DNA of 64,000 nt from Deinococcus sp. (GCA_965261005.1 OZ253375.1:64001-128000), one strand, 5' to 3'. Counted from the first letter of the stretch, positions 43,931 to 55,366 are shown. Numbers and translations: made by a program. The notes: generated by a model from the sequence alone, not told the origin.

Positions 43931-44461
43931 ATGGAATACGTCGTTCACAAACCCAGAACCGGCATTTTTATAGACACGCAAAATCTCTACCACTCCGCGC
44001 GCGATCTGCACGAGCGGACCGTCAATTTCGAGACGCTGCTGACCTTGGGCGCCGAGGGGCGCGAGCTGATTCGGGCGGTCGCCTACGTGGTGGAAAAAGA
44101 GGGTGAGTCCACCGCCCGGCCCTTTATCTACAAGCTGAGCGCGCTGGGCTACAAGGTGCGGCGCATGAACCTTCAGCTGCGTCACGTCAACGACCAAGGC
44201 AAGCCCATCTGGGAAGGAAACTGGGACATGGGCATGGTGGCCGACATGGTCCGGTTGTGCGACCACCTCGACGTGATCGTGCTGGGCAGCGGCGACGGCG
44301 ACTTCGCCGACGTGATGGAGGTTTTTCAGGAGCGCGGCAAGCGGGTGGAGGCGGTCGCCTTTCGCGAGCACACCGCCCAAAAGCTGGTGGACGTGGTGGA
44401 CAAGTTCACCAACCTCAGCGAGGTGGAGGAAGCCCTGATGCCTCTGCGGGAGCGCAAGTAG
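43931..44461 (+). CDS. NYN domain (LabA/DUF88) protein
   Basis: IFIDTQNLY, WDMGMVAD, GSGDGDF, GKRVE. Confidence 0.9.
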   Translation: MEYVVHKPRTGIFIDTQNLYHSARDLHERTVNFETLLTLGAEGRELIRAVAYVVEKEGESTARPFIYKLSALGYKVRRMNLQLRHVNDQGKPIWEGNWDMGMVADMVRLCDHLDVIVLGSGDGDFADVMEVFQERGKRVEAVAFREHTAQKLVDVVDKFTNLSEVEEALMPLRERK

Positions 44462-44467
44462 GCCGGG

Positions 44468-45445
44468 ATGCTCGCCTTTGATCTGCCCCCGGAGTTAATC
44501 GCCCAAAGCGGCGCCGAACCGCGCGACACGGCCCGCCTGATGGTCGTGGGCGAGGGGCTGGAACACCGCCAGGTGCGCGACCTGCCCGAGTTTCTGCTAC
44601 CCGGCGACCTCTTGGTCTTCAACGAGTCGCGGGTGATCCCGGCGCGGCTGTTCGCGCGCAAGCCGACCGGGGGCCGGGTCGAGGTGCTGCTGCTGCGCGA
44701 GGAGGAGGCGCTGACCTGGAGCGCCCTCTTGAAACCCGCCCGGCGCGCCGGCGAGACGCTGCTGTTCGGTGACTTGAGCGCCGAGGTGGTCGGCCGTCTC
44801 GAAAGCGGCGCGCGGCTGCTGCGCTTTTCGGAGGATGTGGGGCTCCATCTGGACCGCCTGGGAACGCTGCCCCTGCCGCCCTACATCCACGCCGACGTGG
44901 GCGAGCGCTACCAGACGGTCTACGCCCGCGTGCCCGGCAGCGTAGCGGCGCCGACGGCCGGGCTGCACTTCACGCCGGAGCTGCTGGCCCGCCTGGACGC
45001 CATGGGCGCGCTCCGCACCCGGATCGTGCTGCACGTCGGCGCCGGCACCTTCAAGCCGCTGGTCGGCGACCCGGAGCGCCACGAGATGCACGCCGAGCGC
45101 TATTTCATCTCGCCGGAAAGCGCAGAGGCCATCAACCGCGCAAAAAGTGAGAGGCGGCGAATCGTCGCGGTGGGCACCACGACGGTTCGGGCGCTGGAGA
45201 GCGCTTGGCAGGGCGGCGAGCTGCGTCCCGGCGAGGGTGAGACCCGCATCTTCATTCGGCCGCCGTACCGCTTCCGGGTGCCAGACCTGCTGTTGACCAA
45301 CTTCCACCTGCCTCACTCCACCCTGCTGCTGCTGGTCGCCGCCTTCGCGGGCGAGGGAAGGATTGCGGCGGCGTATCAGGAGGCGATTCGTCGGCACTAT
45401 CGCTTTTACAGCCTCGGCGACGCCATGCTGCTCTATAAAACTTAA
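44468..45445 (+). CDS. queA: S-adenosylmethionine:tRNA ribosyltransferase-isomerase
   Basis: LPPELIAQ, PLPPYI, SVAAPTAGLHF, LHVGAGTF, TNFHLP, YSLGDAML. Confidence 0.97.
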   Translation: MLAFDLPPELIAQSGAEPRDTARLMVVGEGLEHRQVRDLPEFLLPGDLLVFNESRVIPARLFARKPTGGRVEVLLLREEEALTWSALLKPARRAGETLLFGDLSAEVVGRLESGARLLRFSEDVGLHLDRLGTLPLPPYIHADVGERYQTVYARVPGSVAAPTAGLHFTPELLARLDAMGALRTRIVLHVGAGTFKPLVGDPERHEMHAERYFISPESAEAINRAKSERRRIVAVGTTTVRALESAWQGGELRPGEGETRIFIRPPYRFRVPDLLLTNFHLPHSTLLLLVAAFAGEGRIAAAYQEAIRRHYRFYSLGDAMLLYKT

Positions 45446-45864
45446 GGCAGGTCGCCGCGCCGAAAGACCAGCGTCTGGAAGTCCTCGGTGAACAGCACCA
45501 GAAAGTCGTCCGTCACCCGGAAGCGCTTGACCTTGGGGAGCGAGCGCAGGAAATAGTGCTCCAGGGCTTTGGCGTTGGGGTCGCCGCAGCCCTGCGCCCC
45601 CGCGCTTGGCGTGCCGATCTTCAGCGCGCTCTCGTCGGCCACGTAGCCGGCCACGTAGCCGTTGCAGCCGTCCCAGCCGGTCACGCGGCCCGCACCGAAC
45701 TGCAAGGTGGGCAGCACCCCCGCGGTGACGGTGCGCCCCTCGCCGGCCGCGCCGACGCGGTACAGCGTCCAGAGGGTGCCGTAGGGGACGCGCTGGGCGC
45801 CGCCGCTGGACCACACGGCGCCGCACGACAGGGCGATCAGCAGGGCGGCCGAGCGGGCGTTCAT
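45442..45864 (-). CDS. META-domain exported protein
   Basis: Signal-like N-terminus; WTL...PTLQF...VTGWDGCNGY...C...LEHYFL. Confidence 0.78.
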   Translation of the reverse strand: MNARSAALLIALSCGAVWSSGGAQRVPYGTLWTLYRVGAAGEGRTVTAGVLPTLQFGAGRVTGWDGCNGYVAGYVADESALKIGTPSAGAQGCGDPNAKALEHYFLRSLPKVKRFRVTDDFLVLFTEDFQTLVFRRGDLP

Positions 45865-45945
45865 GCCTCATGGTAGGGCCGCCCGAACTGGGCAAGCGGA
45901 TGGGACGCGCCTTTTGAGGGTCCGCGAAAGGCGTATGTTGACCGC

Positions 45946-46920
45946 ATGTCCTGGTTCGACCGTCTGCGGCAGGGCCTCAGCAAGACCCGCGCGCAGCTCA
46001 ACGAGATGGCCGGTCCCCTCGGCGTGGACGTCAAGGACGTGTTCACGGCCCGCCTGGAGACCATCGAAGACCTCGAATACGCCCTGATTGCGGCCGACGT
46101 GGGCCGCGCCGCCACCGAGGAAGTGCTGGAGGACGTCCGGCAAAGCGGCAAGCGCAACTTGCAGGAAGCCTTGATGGACGCCCTCAGCGTGCAGCTGGAG
46201 CCGGAGGCCCGCCGCGCCCAGCTGCGCCGCCTGGGCTTCACCCCCGACGCCCGGCGTTCCAGCGTGGAGCCGAAGGGCGGCGTCATCATGGTGATCGGCG
46301 TGAACGGCGTGGGCAAGACGACCACCATCGCCAAGCTGGGCCGCTACTACGAGACGCGCGGCAAGCGGGTGATGTTCGCGGCGGGAGACACCTTTCGCGC
46401 GGCGGCTGGCGCGCAGCTGGGCGTGTGGGGCGAGCGGTTGGGCGTGCCGGTGGTGCAGGGGCCGGACGGCGGCGACCCGGCGGCGGTCGCCTTTGACGCC
46501 GCCAGCGCCCGCTTGTCGCGCGGCTACGACCTGTTGCTGGTGGACACGGCGGGCCGGCTGCACACCAAGCACAACCTGATGGAGGAGCTGAAAAAGGTGA
46601 AGCGCGTGATCGCCAAGGCCGACCCGAATGAGCCGGCCGAAATCTGGCTGGTCCTCGACGCCGTGACCGGCCAGAACGGCCTCGCGCAGGCCAAGAAGTT
46701 CCACGAGGCGGTCGGCCTCACCGGGGTCGTGGTGACCAAGCTCGACGGCACCGCCAAGGGCGGCATCCTGGTGCCCATCGTGCGCGAGCTGGGCGTGCCC
46801 ATCAAGTTCATCGGGGTGGGGGAGAGCGAGGACGACCTTCAGCCCTTCGATTCGCGCGAGTTCGTGCGCGCCCTCTTCGACGTGGATGTGCCGGCCCTGG
46901 ACGTGACACCCGAGCCGTGA
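45946..46920 (+). CDS. ftsY: SRP receptor FtsY
   Basis: GVNGVGKTTTIAKL, DTFRAAA, DTAGRLH, TKLDGTAKGG. Confidence 0.97.
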   Translation: MSWFDRLRQGLSKTRAQLNEMAGPLGVDVKDVFTARLETIEDLEYALIAADVGRAATEEVLEDVRQSGKRNLQEALMDALSVQLEPEARRAQLRRLGFTPDARRSSVEPKGGVIMVIGVNGVGKTTTIAKLGRYYETRGKRVMFAAGDTFRAAAGAQLGVWGERLGVPVVQGPDGGDPAAVAFDAASARLSRGYDLLLVDTAGRLHTKHNLMEELKKVKRVIAKADPNEPAEIWLVLDAVTGQNGLAQAKKFHEAVGLTGVVVTKLDGTAKGGILVPIVRELGVPIKFIGVGESEDDLQPFDSREFVRALFDVDVPALDVTPEP

Positions 46921-47540
46921 GCGCGGCGGCCGAGCTGCTGGACTTCTACGCGAAGCTGGCCGCCTTGAGACGCGACCTGTTCGGCGCGACCTTGCTGTAT
47001 ACCCCCGACAGCCCCTTGATCGGCTGCAACGCCGCCTACCCGACGACTTCGGAGGGGGCGGCGCGAGCCGAGTTGTGGTACCGCGGCCAGGGGGCGCCCG
47101 CTCTGCTGGCCTCGGAAGCTCCTTTATCTGATGCCGAGGAGGTGTTGCGGCTGCGGGTGGGCTGGTTTGAGGCCACTGGTGTGGCTTCCCCCATCGCCGT
47201 CGAGCAGGTGTCGCGCCGCCATCTCGCCACGGTGGCGGGGGTGCTGTGTGCCGCTTGGCAAGTGCCCGAATGGTCGGCCCAGCTGTCCGTCAGCCTCGCG
47301 CGGGCGCTGGAGGACCGCTCGGACGTGAACATATGGCTGGCCTACGAAAGAGAGGAGGTCGGCGCGCTGTTGGCGCTGGATGGGGCCGCCCACCTGTGGG
47401 GCGCGCTGGAGGGGGCGGCGCTGGCCCCGCTGCTGGACGCCGCCGCCGCGCTGAACGGGGGCCGGGTGCGAACCAGCCTGACCGCCGAGGACTTGCCGCT
47501 GATTGGGGAAAGCAGGCTCTCGTTTTGGCGCACCGCTTAG
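46917..47540 (+). CDS. Hypothetical protein (possibly degenerate GNAT-like)
   Basis: GTGA overlap with ftsY stop; no clear motif. Confidence 0.6.
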   Translation: MSAAAELLDFYAKLAALRRDLFGATLLYTPDSPLIGCNAAYPTTSEGAARAELWYRGQGAPALLASEAPLSDAEEVLRLRVGWFEATGVASPIAVEQVSRRHLATVAGVLCAAWQVPEWSAQLSVSLARALEDRSDVNIWLAYEREEVGALLALDGAAHLWGALEGAALAPLLDAAAALNGGRVRTSLTAEDLPLIGESRLSFWRTA

Positions 47541-47561
47541 ATAAACGGCTACACTGCGCCG

Positions 47562-48221
47562 GTGATCCCAGACCTGCTGATCTTCGATTGCGACGGCGTG
47601 CTGGTGGACAGCGAGGGCGTGGCGAACCGCGTCTGGGTCGAGCTGCTGGCGGAGCACGGCCTGACCTTCACCTCCGAAGGGTTCCTGCGCCGTTCGGTGG
47701 GCAGCACGCTGGTCGCCCTGTACGAGGGGCTGGGAAGCGATTTCGGCTGGCGGCGGCCGGACGGCTTCGACGCCGAAATTGACGCCCGTCTAGCCGCCGC
47801 CTTCGTGGACGTGCGGGCCGTTTCCGGCGTGCCGGAACTGCTGCGAAGCCTGTCCGTCCCCTGCTGCGTCGCCTCCAACAGCCGCTTTGATCGCCTGAAC
47901 CTCAAGCTGGAGGCCGCCGGGCTGGCGCACTTTTTCGAGGGCCGGGTCTTTCACGCCGGCCAGGTGGCGCGCGGCAAGCCGGCCCCCGACTTGTTCCTCT
48001 ACGCGGCGCGGACGCTGGGCGCCGCGCCGGAACGCTGCCTGGTGATCGAGGACAGCGTGCTGGGCGTGCGCGCGGCCGTGGCCGCCGGCATGACCGCCTG
48101 GGGCTTCACCGGGGCCAGCCACGCGCTGCCGGGGTTGGGCGAGGAGCTGCGGGCGGCGGGCGCGGGGAACGTCTTTTCCTCGGTCGAGCTGTTGCGGGCC
48201 GCCTTGGCTATCTGGAGTTAA
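47562..48221 (+). CDS. HAD-family hydrolase (IA)
   Basis: IFDCDGVLVDSE, ASNS, GKPAPDLF, IEDS. Confidence 0.93.
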   Translation: MIPDLLIFDCDGVLVDSEGVANRVWVELLAEHGLTFTSEGFLRRSVGSTLVALYEGLGSDFGWRRPDGFDAEIDARLAAAFVDVRAVSGVPELLRSLSVPCCVASNSRFDRLNLKLEAAGLAHFFEGRVFHAGQVARGKPAPDLFLYAARTLGAAPERCLVIEDSVLGVRAAVAAGMTAWGFTGASHALPGLGEELRAAGAGNVFSSVELLRAALAIWS

Positions 48222-48784
48222 TGGTTTTGCAAAAGGAGCAACAGAGCGTTCCCGATGTGGAATACTCTCTACTCGTGACCCGAGAAAGCTCTGCCGGGGA
48301 CGCGGACAAAATCTCTAACTTGCCGCGCTACGCCAAGCTTGAGATCGAGCGCCGCTGGCTCGTTGAGGGTGAACACCCGTCCTTGGAGCAGCCCAAGACT
48401 ATAGAAGATTTATACATGCGGCACACCCGGCTGCGGCTGCGATTGGAACGCTTTCCGGACGGTTCGTGCGTTTACAAGCTATGTCGTAAATACGGACACG
48501 TCGGTCCGCAGAGCGAACCGATCACCAACCTCTATCTCAATCAGGCGGAATACGACCTGCTCGCCACCCTGCCGGGCGCGCGGCTATGCAAGCGCCGCTA
48601 CGCTGTCTCTGGGGGCGCACTGGACGTACACGACCATCCACAGGCCGGCCTGATCCTCTTTGAGCGAGAATTTGCGTCCGAGATGGATGCTGGAACTTAT
48701 ATTCCACCGGACTTTGTGGGGCGGGAAGTGACCGATGATCCTATGTATAGCGGCGCCACGCTGGCTGGACTGATCTATCCGTAA
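48221..48784 (+). CDS. CYTH-domain protein (start uncertain)
   Basis: EIERRWLV, RLRLR, KRRY, EREF, GREVTDDPMY. Confidence 0.75.
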   Translation: MVLQKEQQSVPDVEYSLLVTRESSAGDADKISNLPRYAKLEIERRWLVEGEHPSLEQPKTIEDLYMRHTRLRLRLERFPDGSCVYKLCRKYGHVGPQSEPITNLYLNQAEYDLLATLPGARLCKRRYAVSGGALDVHDHPQAGLILFEREFASEMDAGTYIPPDFVGREVTDDPMYSGATLAGLIYP

Positions 48785-48834
48785 GCAGTGAGAAGCTTTC
48801 ACTCCTGTGCGAGTTCCGGAACAAACAGTCCTCT

Positions 48835-48930
48835 GCCGTCGGCAGCTCAATCATGCCGCCCGCCTTCCGGCTGACCTTCCATGCGGGCGGTCTCGCGCAG
48901 TTCCAACCGGATCAAGCGGCCTAACCTGCC
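48835..48930 (-). repeat. Decayed duplicate of the sdaAA 3' end
   Basis: 48835-48864 matches 49519-49548 at 28/30; 48890-48930 resembles 49621-49662. Confidence 0.8.
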
Positions 48931-48943
48931 GTAGAATGACCTC

Positions 48944-49504
48944 ATGACGGACGCTGCCCCTCAAGCCATGACCGAGGCGGAATACCTGCGCTCCGAGCGC
49001 GAAAGTCCCTACAAGCGCGAATACGTGGGGGGCTTCGTGTATCCGCTGCACGCGCAGGCGGGGGCGAGCGGGGAACACGGCCGGATCGGCGTCAACATGG
49101 TGGGACACCTCTACGCCGATGCCATACGCCGGGGCTGCCGCCTCTACCAGTCCGACATGCAGCTGTATGTCCCTGGCGCGTCCAGTTACTTCTATCCCGA
49201 CGTGATGCTGGTCTGCGGCGGCGAGCAGCCGGGGCGCTACTACGAGACCTCACCGTGCCTGCTGGTGGAAGTCCTTTCTGGCAGCACGGCGCACAATGAC
49301 CGCCGACACAAGCACGCCGTCTACACGGCAATTCCCACGCTCCAGACCTACCTGATCGTCTCGCAGGACGAGCGGTACGTCGTGGAGTATCAGCGTGGGG
49401 AAGGGAGATGGCACATGCGCGAACATCAGGGCGGGGGGCAGGTGGAGGTGCCCTGTCTGAACCGCGTTCTCACCCTAGACGAGATGTACCGTAACGTGCG
49501 CTAG
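48944..49504 (+). CDS. Uma2-family putative endonuclease
   Basis: EYLRSE...REYVGG...AGASGEH...YPDVMLVC...LVEVLSGST...D...K...Y. Confidence 0.92.
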   Translation: MTDAAPQAMTEAEYLRSERESPYKREYVGGFVYPLHAQAGASGEHGRIGVNMVGHLYADAIRRGCRLYQSDMQLYVPGASSYFYPDVMLVCGGEQPGRYYETSPCLLVEVLSGSTAHNDRRHKHAVYTAIPTLQTYLIVSQDERYVVEYQRGEGRWHMREHQGGGQVEVPCLNRVLTLDEMYRNVR

Positions 49505-49514
49505 CCGATTCCCT

Positions 49515-50405
49515 TCACGCCATCGGCAGCTCGATCATGCCGCCCGCCTCCTCCGCTTGGCCCTCCATCTCCCGCGTCATCCGTAAGCCGGTCGGCGTCT
49601 GGGCCAGGCCCCCGTCGGCCGTTTCGCGCAGCTCCGGCGGCATCAGGCGGCCCACCTGGGCCATCGCGCCCACCACCTCGTCGGGCGGGATAAAGCTCTC
49701 CAGCTGCGCCAGGGCCAGCTGCGCGGCGCTGACGGCGTGAACGGCAAAAAAGGCGTTGCGGCTGACGCAGGGCACCTCCACGTAGCCGCCCACCGGGTCG
49801 CACACCAAGCCGATGGTGTTCATCAGCGCAAGGCTGGCGGCGTGGACGCAGGCCCTGGGCGAGCCGCCCAGCAGCTCGGTCACGGCGGCGGCGGCCATCG
49901 CGGCGCTGGAGCCGATCTCGGCTTGGCAGCCGCCGGCGGCTCCCGAGATGTACATCTGGCGCGAGATGGCCTGCCCCACGCCCGCCGCCAGGACCATCGG
50001 CATCACCAGCTGATCGTCCGCTATACCCAAATGGTCGGCCACGCCCAGCAGCGCCCCAGGAATGGTGCCCGCGCTGCCGGCGGTGGGCGCCGCCACGATG
50101 CGGCCCATGCGGGCGTTCTCCTCGTTGACGGCCATCGCGTAGGCCTGCACCCGCTTCAGGAGGGGCGCCCCCAGCACGTCGGGCGCCTCCCACAGCCCCT
50201 TCGCGTTCCAGCCGACCATGCCGGTGACGCTTTTCACGCTCGACTTCAGGCCGCGCTCGACGCTATTTCGCATCTCGGCGATGCGCGTGGCCATCGCCCG
50301 CTTCACATCCCCCGGCGCCAGGCCGTTCTCCTCGCAGTCGCGGGCCAGAACCCAGGCCGAGGCGGGGGCGGGGGCGTTCAGAATGTCGTCGAGGGTCATG
50401 GACAC
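49515..50405 (-). CDS. sdaAA: L-serine dehydratase, Fe-S, alpha subunit
   Basis: [60 protein letters not shown]. Confidence 0.95.
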   Translation of the reverse strand: MSMTLDDILNAPAPASAWVLARDCEENGLAPGDVKRAMATRIAEMRNSVERGLKSSVKSVTGMVGWNAKGLWEAPDVLGAPLLKRVQAYAMAVNEENARMGRIVAAPTAGSAGTIPGALLGVADHLGIADDQLVMPMVLAAGVGQAISRQMYISGAAGGCQAEIGSSAAMAAAAVTELLGGSPRACVHAASLALMNTIGLVCDPVGGYVEVPCVSRNAFFAVHAVSAAQLALAQLESFIPPDEVVGAMAQVGRLMPPELRETADGGLAQTPTGLRMTREMEGQAEEAGGMIELPMA

Positions 50406-50446
50406 AGCCTAACGCTCGTTTGGTTTTCGTAACGTGAGGGCGCCGC

Positions 50447-51109
50447 CTACTCCATCAGCTTGGGCAGAAGGCGCAGCCACTGAACGCCCGGCAACCGGCC
50501 CAGCTGTTCCAGCGCCCCCCCGCTCAACACCTGATCCAACTCGATGGAGAGCAGCGCCCGCCCGCCGCGCTTTTCGCGGGCACACACCAGGGTGGCGATG
50601 TTGACGGCGTCCTCGGCTATCAATTGGGCGACCCGCGCGATCATGCCGACCGCGTCCGGGTAGCGCAGCAGCAGGGTGGGCGCCGCCCCGCCGAAGTCGG
50701 TCCTCATGCCGTCCACCCGAAAGGCGTGAATGACGCCGCCCCCGGTGCTGGAGGCCAGCAGCGTCACCGCCTCGCCGCCGCCCGAGAGCCTCAGGCGCGC
50801 GCTGTTGGGATGCACGTCGCCGAGGTCCACGTTTTCAAAGGTCACCTCAAGGCCCGCCGCCTCGGCCTCCTGAATGGCGTCCGGCAGGCGCGGGTCGTCC
50901 GGCGCGAAGCCCAGCAGGCCCGCGACGAGGGCGAGGTGCGTGCCGTGCCCGCGCCCGGTCTTGGCGAAGCTGGCGTGCAGCCCGATCTCGGCCCGCTCCG
51001 GCGCGGCGCCCAGCAGGTTTCTCCCCATCAGCCCGATGCGGCAGGCGCCCGCCGTGTGGCTGCTGCTGGGGCCGATCATCACCGGGCCGATCATGTCGAG
51101 CAGGCTCAT
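50447..51109 (-). CDS. sdaAB: L-serine dehydratase, Fe-S, beta subunit
   Basis: [36 protein letters not shown]-terminal ACT. Confidence 0.95.
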   Translation of the reverse strand: MSLLDMIGPVMIGPSSSHTAGACRIGLMGRNLLGAAPERAEIGLHASFAKTGRGHGTHLALVAGLLGFAPDDPRLPDAIQEAEAAGLEVTFENVDLGDVHPNSARLRLSGGGEAVTLLASSTGGGVIHAFRVDGMRTDFGGAAPTLLLRYPDAVGMIARVAQLIAEDAVNIATLVCAREKRGGRALLSIELDQVLSGGALEQLGRLPGVQWLRLLPKLME

Positions 51110-51174
51110 GGGGGAAGTATAGCTTTGCGACCCACTTCGCCGTCCCCCGTTTTCGGCGGCGCTACCGTTTGGGC

Positions 51175-52023
51175 ATGCGCCCGCTCCTCGCCTTGCTGCC
51201 CTTCCTGGCCCTGCTGCTGGCGGCCTGCTCCCCCGTGAAAGCGCTCAACACCGTCACGCTGGTCGGGGGCCTGCGCCTCGCGAGCGACCTCAAATATGGA
51301 AGCGCGCCCCGGCAGGTGCTGGACGTGTACGCCCCGCCCTCGGTGACAAAAGCGCCCGTGGTCGTCTTCATTCACGGCGGCTCGTGGACCGGCGGTTCCA
51401 AGGACGAGTACAAGTTCGTGGGCGCCTCGCTGGCCCGCGCCGGCTTCGTGACGCTGGTCATCAGCTACCGCCTCGCCCCCGAACACCGCTACCCCGACTA
51501 CATCCGAGACGCGGCTTCTGCCGTCCGCTGGGCGCGGGAGCACGCCGAGCGCTACGGCGGCGACCCGGACCAGCTCTTTGTGGTGGGGCACTCGGCGGGG
51601 GGCTTCAACGCCCTGGAGGTCGTGATGAACGCCCGCTGGCTGAGGGAGGCGGGCGTGCCGATTGCGAGCGTGCGCGGCGTGGTCGGCCTGGCCGGTCCCT
51701 ACGACTACGACTTCCGGCAGTTCCCCTCCAAGAACGCCTTTCCGGTGAATGCCACCCCCGCCGAGGTGATGCCCGCCCGCCACGTGCGCCCCAATCCGCC
51801 GCCCACCCTGCTGCTGACGGCCGCGAACGACACGGTGGTCGCGCCCGAGAACGCGGCGCGCATGGCGGCGGCCCTGGGGGTGGCGGGCGGGCAGGTCACC
51901 TTGCAAGACTTGTCCGGCCTGAACCACTACACCCTGATCGGGGCCGTGTCCACCCGGCTGACCTTTTTGGGGCCGGTGCGAGATAAGGTGGTGTCGTTCA
52001 TCCGGGCACACGCCGCGCCATAG
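51175..52023 (+). CDS. Alpha/beta hydrolase (HSL-like esterase) lipoprotein
   Basis: Lipobox LLAAC; FIHGGSW; YRLAP; GHSAG. Confidence 0.9.
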   Translation: MRPLLALLPFLALLLAACSPVKALNTVTLVGGLRLASDLKYGSAPRQVLDVYAPPSVTKAPVVVFIHGGSWTGGSKDEYKFVGASLARAGFVTLVISYRLAPEHRYPDYIRDAASAVRWAREHAERYGGDPDQLFVVGHSAGGFNALEVVMNARWLREAGVPIASVRGVVGLAGPYDYDFRQFPSKNAFPVNATPAEVMPARHVRPNPPPTLLLTAANDTVVAPENAARMAAALGVAGGQVTLQDLSGLNHYTLIGAVSTRLTFLGPVRDKVVSFIRAHAAP

Positions 52024-52055
52024 GCAGGTGGAGGGACCGCCTTATACTGTCCGCC

Positions 52056-54095
52056 ATGACCCAGACCCGCCCGAATTCACCCAGCCCCAACCCGCTGCTC
52101 GACACGCCGTTTGAAATCCCCTTTGACAAGATTGGGCCGCAGCACGCCGAGGGCGCGGTGGATGAGCTGATCGCCGACGGTCGTCGGCGGCTCGCCGCCG
52201 TCAGCGCCGCCCATCCCGACCGCTTCCTGGACGACCTCGACGAGCTGACCCGACAGCTCGACACCGCCGTGACCATTGTCGGCCACCTGGAAGGGGTGGT
52301 CACGGACGACGCTTGGCGCGCGGCCTACAACGCCATTCTGCCCAAGGTGAGCGCCTTTGAGAACGAGATCCAGCTGTCGGGGCCGCTGTGGGAGGCGCTC
52401 AAGAACTTTGCGGGGACGCCGCAGGCGGGGGCGCTTAACCCCGAAAAGGCGCGCTTTTTGCAGCTCACCCTGGACCGCTTCCGGCGCGGGGGCGCCGACT
52501 TGCCGCCCGAGCAAAAGGAGCGCTTGCAAGCTCTGGACGTGCAGCTCGCCGAGACCACGACCAAGTTCGGCCAGAACGTGCTGGACGGCACGACGGCCTT
52601 TGAGCTGTTGGTGGACCAGGAACGCCTGGCGGGCCTGCCGGAACGGGCCAAGCAGGCCGCCCGCGTGGGCGCCGAAAAGCGCGGCCAAGACGGCTACCGC
52701 CTGACCTTGCACGCCCCCAGCTACATCCCGGTGCTGACCTATGCCGACGACCGCGACTTGCGCCGCACCTTGTGGGAGGCCAGCAACGCGAAGGGCAGCG
52801 GCGAGGGGCGCGACAACCGCCCCCTCATTCCGCAGATTCTGAAGCTGCGCCGCGAAAAGGCCGAGCTGCTCGGCTTCGCCAACTTCGCCGACTTGGTGCT
52901 GGCCGAGCGCATGGCGGGCAGCGGCGCGCGGGCGCAGCAGTTCGAGCGCGACCTGGAGGCGCGGGTGCGCCCCTTTTCCGAGCGCGAGAACGCCGAACTG
53001 GAGGCGTTTTACCGCAATGCTGCCGGTCAGGACGCCCCCCCCCTCGAGCCTTGGGACGTGGCCTACTGGGCCGAAAAGCAGCGCGCCGCCCGGTACGACT
53101 TCGACGAGGAGGCGCTGCGGCCCTACTTTCCCATGCCGAGTGTGCTCGCGGGCCTGTTCGAGATCGCCCGGCGCGTCTTCGGCGCCCGGGTGGAGGAAGC
53201 TCAGGCGTCCGGCTGGCACCCCGAGGTGCAGTACTACAACCTCTTCAACAAGGCCGGCGAGCACGTCGCCAGCTTTTACACCGACTGGTTTCCGCGCGAC
53301 AACAAGCGCGGCGGCGCCTGGATGAACGCCTTTGTGACCGGGAAGCCGACCCCGGCGGGCTTTTCGCCCCACCTGGGCCTGATGTGCGGCAACCTCACCC
53401 CGCCGGCGGAGGGCGCGCCCGCGCTGCTCAGCCACGAAGAGGTCGAGACGATTTTCCACGAGTTCGGCCACCTGCTGCACCACGCCCTCTCCAGGGTGGA
53501 GACGCGCTCGCTGGCGGGCACCCACGTCGCTTGGGACTTCGTGGAACTGCCCAGCCAGATCATGGAGAACTGGACTTGGGAGCGCGAGGGGCTGGACCTC
53601 TTCGCGCGCCACTTTGAAACGGGGGAGCCGTTGCCGGAGGACCTGTTTCAAAAGCTGCTGGCGGTGAGGAACTACCGCGCCGCGAACTTCGCCATGCGCC
53701 AGCTCAGCTTTGGCACGGTGGACCTCGCGCTGCACATGGATTGGGACGGCGAGCGCGATCCGCTCAGTTACGCCCGCGAGATCGCGGCGCGCTTCTCGCC
53801 CACCCCGCTGCCGCAGGACTACGCCATGATCGCCGCCTTTTCCCACGTCTTCAGCAGCCCGGTCGGCTACGCGGCGGGCTACTACAGCTACAAGTGGGCC
53901 GAGGTGCTCGACGCGGACGCCTTTTCGCGCTTCGCTCAGGAGGGCGTCTTCAGCGAGGTCGCCGGCAACGACTTCGTCGAACAGGTGCTATCGCGCGGCA
54001 ACAGCGCCGACGCCGCCGCGCTCTACCGCGCCTTTATGGGCCGCGATCCCGACGCTGAGGCGTTGCTGCGAAGATCGGGCCTTGCGACGGCCTGA
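52056..54095 (+). CDS. prlC: M3 oligopeptidase A
   Basis: [41 protein letters not shown]. Confidence 0.92.
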   Translation: MTQTRPNSPSPNPLLDTPFEIPFDKIGPQHAEGAVDELIADGRRRLAAVSAAHPDRFLDDLDELTRQLDTAVTIVGHLEGVVTDDAWRAAYNAILPKVSAFENEIQLSGPLWEALKNFAGTPQAGALNPEKARFLQLTLDRFRRGGADLPPEQKERLQALDVQLAETTTKFGQNVLDGTTAFELLVDQERLAGLPERAKQAARVGAEKRGQDGYRLTLHAPSYIPVLTYADDRDLRRTLWEASNAKGSGEGRDNRPLIPQILKLRREKAELLGFANFADLVLAERMAGSGARAQQFERDLEARVRPFSERENAELEAFYRNAAGQDAPPLEPWDVAYWAEKQRAARYDFDEEALRPYFPMPSVLAGLFEIARRVFGARVEEAQASGWHPEVQYYNLFNKAGEHVASFYTDWFPRDNKRGGAWMNAFVTGKPTPAGFSPHLGLMCGNLTPPAEGAPALLSHEEVETIFHEFGHLLHHALSRVETRSLAGTHVAWDFVELPSQIMENWTWEREGLDLFARHFETGEPLPEDLFQKLLAVRNYRAANFAMRQLSFGTVDLALHMDWDGERDPLSYAREIAARFSPTPLPQDYAMIAAFSHVFSSPVGYAAGYYSYKWAEVLDADAFSRFAQEGVFSEVAGNDFVEQVLSRGNSADAAALYRAFMGRDPDAEALLRRSGLATA

Positions 54096-54130
54096 TTTGA
54101 CACGGCCTGGTTTGATATGGCTTGGTTTGA
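54086..54130. repeat. 3 x 15-bp tandem repeat spanning the prlC stop
   Basis: GACGGCCTGATTTGA CACGGCCTGGTTTGA TATGGCTTGGTTTGA. Confidence 0.8.
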
Positions 54131-54196
54131 CGATGTGCGAACCGGGCACTGGCCCACATCCGTTGTCTTTCGGGTTGCCTTAGATTGACCTCATCT

Positions 54197-55366
54197 ATGC
54201 CCAATACCACGCCTAACTTCCTCTCACGGCCGCATGTGTTTTGGGCGGGCGACCACCAGGGGGGCGCCTCGGAGTTGGGGCGCGCGCTTCCCGAGGCGCA
54301 GGTGGTGTTCGTCAGCAGCGCCGAGGCGCTGCTGCGCGAGGCCCACGCCACGCCGCCGGACGTGCTGCTGCTCGCCAACACCTTGCCCAGCGAGGTGCCG
54401 CTGCCCGATCTTCTGACCATGCTGCGCGGCCGGCCAGGGCTGGCCCACACCCGCTGGCTGGTGATGGGCGAGCGCGGCCTGGGCGCCTTCCTCAGCGCGG
54501 GCGCAGACGCGCTGGTTGCCTCCAACACGCCCACGGCGGCGCTCGCCCAGCTGCTGCGCAACCACTTGGTGCGCCTCAAACAGGTGCGCGACTTGGAGGA
54601 GCGGCTGCGCGACCAGCAACAGCGCTTGGAGACGTGGGGCCACGAGGAGCGCGTGCGCGATCAGTTGGTCCACATGCTGGTCCACGACCTCAAGAACCCC
54701 ATCAGCGCCGTGTCGGGCCTGCTCGACGTGGTGATCGAGGACGCGGCGCGGGTGCCGCGCGACCTCCTCGATCTGCTCCGGCTCGCCCGCGAGGAGTCGC
54801 AGCACCTGCTGCACCTGGCGGTCAACATGCTCGACGTGCGCAAGATGCAGGCCGGCAAGATGAACCTCAAGTGCGTCACGCTGTTCGCCCCGTCCCTGCG
54901 CGACGTCCTCGACCAAGCCCAGGGCGACGTGGGCGTGGGCATCGGGGAGCGCGAGCTGAGCGTGGACCTGCCCTTCGGCCTCGACCCGGTGCGCGCCGAC
55001 CCCGAGATTCTGCGGCGCGTCTTCGCCAACCTGCTGTCCAACGCGGTCAAGCACACGACGCGCGGCGGCAAGATTCGCCTCGCGGTCAGACCCGTGGAGG
55101 ACGCCCTGGAGTGGCGGGTGCAAGACGACGGCGAGGGCATTCCGGCCGAGGACATTCCCAAGCTGTTCAGCGCCTTTGAACAGTCGCGCTTGACCCTGCA
55201 TAGCCGTTTTGATACCGGCATGGGCCTCGCGTTTTGCAAGCTGGCGGTGGAGGGCCACGGCGGTCAAATCTGGGTGGAGTCCGAGCGCGGCAAGGGCGCC
55301 ACCTTTCACTTCACGCTGCCCTTTGTGCGAGAGGAGGAAGAGGACTTCGTCGAGGTGTTGCAGTAG
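54197..55366 (+). CDS. Sensor histidine kinase with degenerate N-terminal receiver-like domain
   Basis: VHDLKNP H-box, NLLSNAVKH, DDGEGIP, TGMGLAFC, HGGQIWVES. Confidence 0.9.
   Translation: MPNTTPNFLSRPHVFWAGDHQGGASELGRALPEAQVVFVSSAEALLREAHATPPDVLLLANTLPSEVPLPDLLTMLRGRPGLAHTRWLVMGERGLGAFLSAGADALVASNTPTAALAQLLRNHLVRLKQVRDLEERLRDQQQRLETWGHEERVRDQLVHMLVHDLKNPISAVSGLLDVVIEDAARVPRDLLDLLRLAREESQHLLHLAVNMLDVRKMQAGKMNLKCVTLFAPSLRDVLDQAQGDVGVGIGERELSVDLPFGLDPVRADPEILRRVFANLLSNAVKHTTRGGKIRLAVRPVEDALEWRVQDDGEGIPAEDIPKLFSAFEQSRLTLHSRFDTGMGLAFCKLAVEGHGGQIWVESERGKGATFHFTLPFVREEEEDFVEVLQ

Noticed and set aside
54086..54130. Short repeats as a possible CRISPR array
   Set aside because: Units are contiguous 15-mers with no spacers, and no cas genes are present
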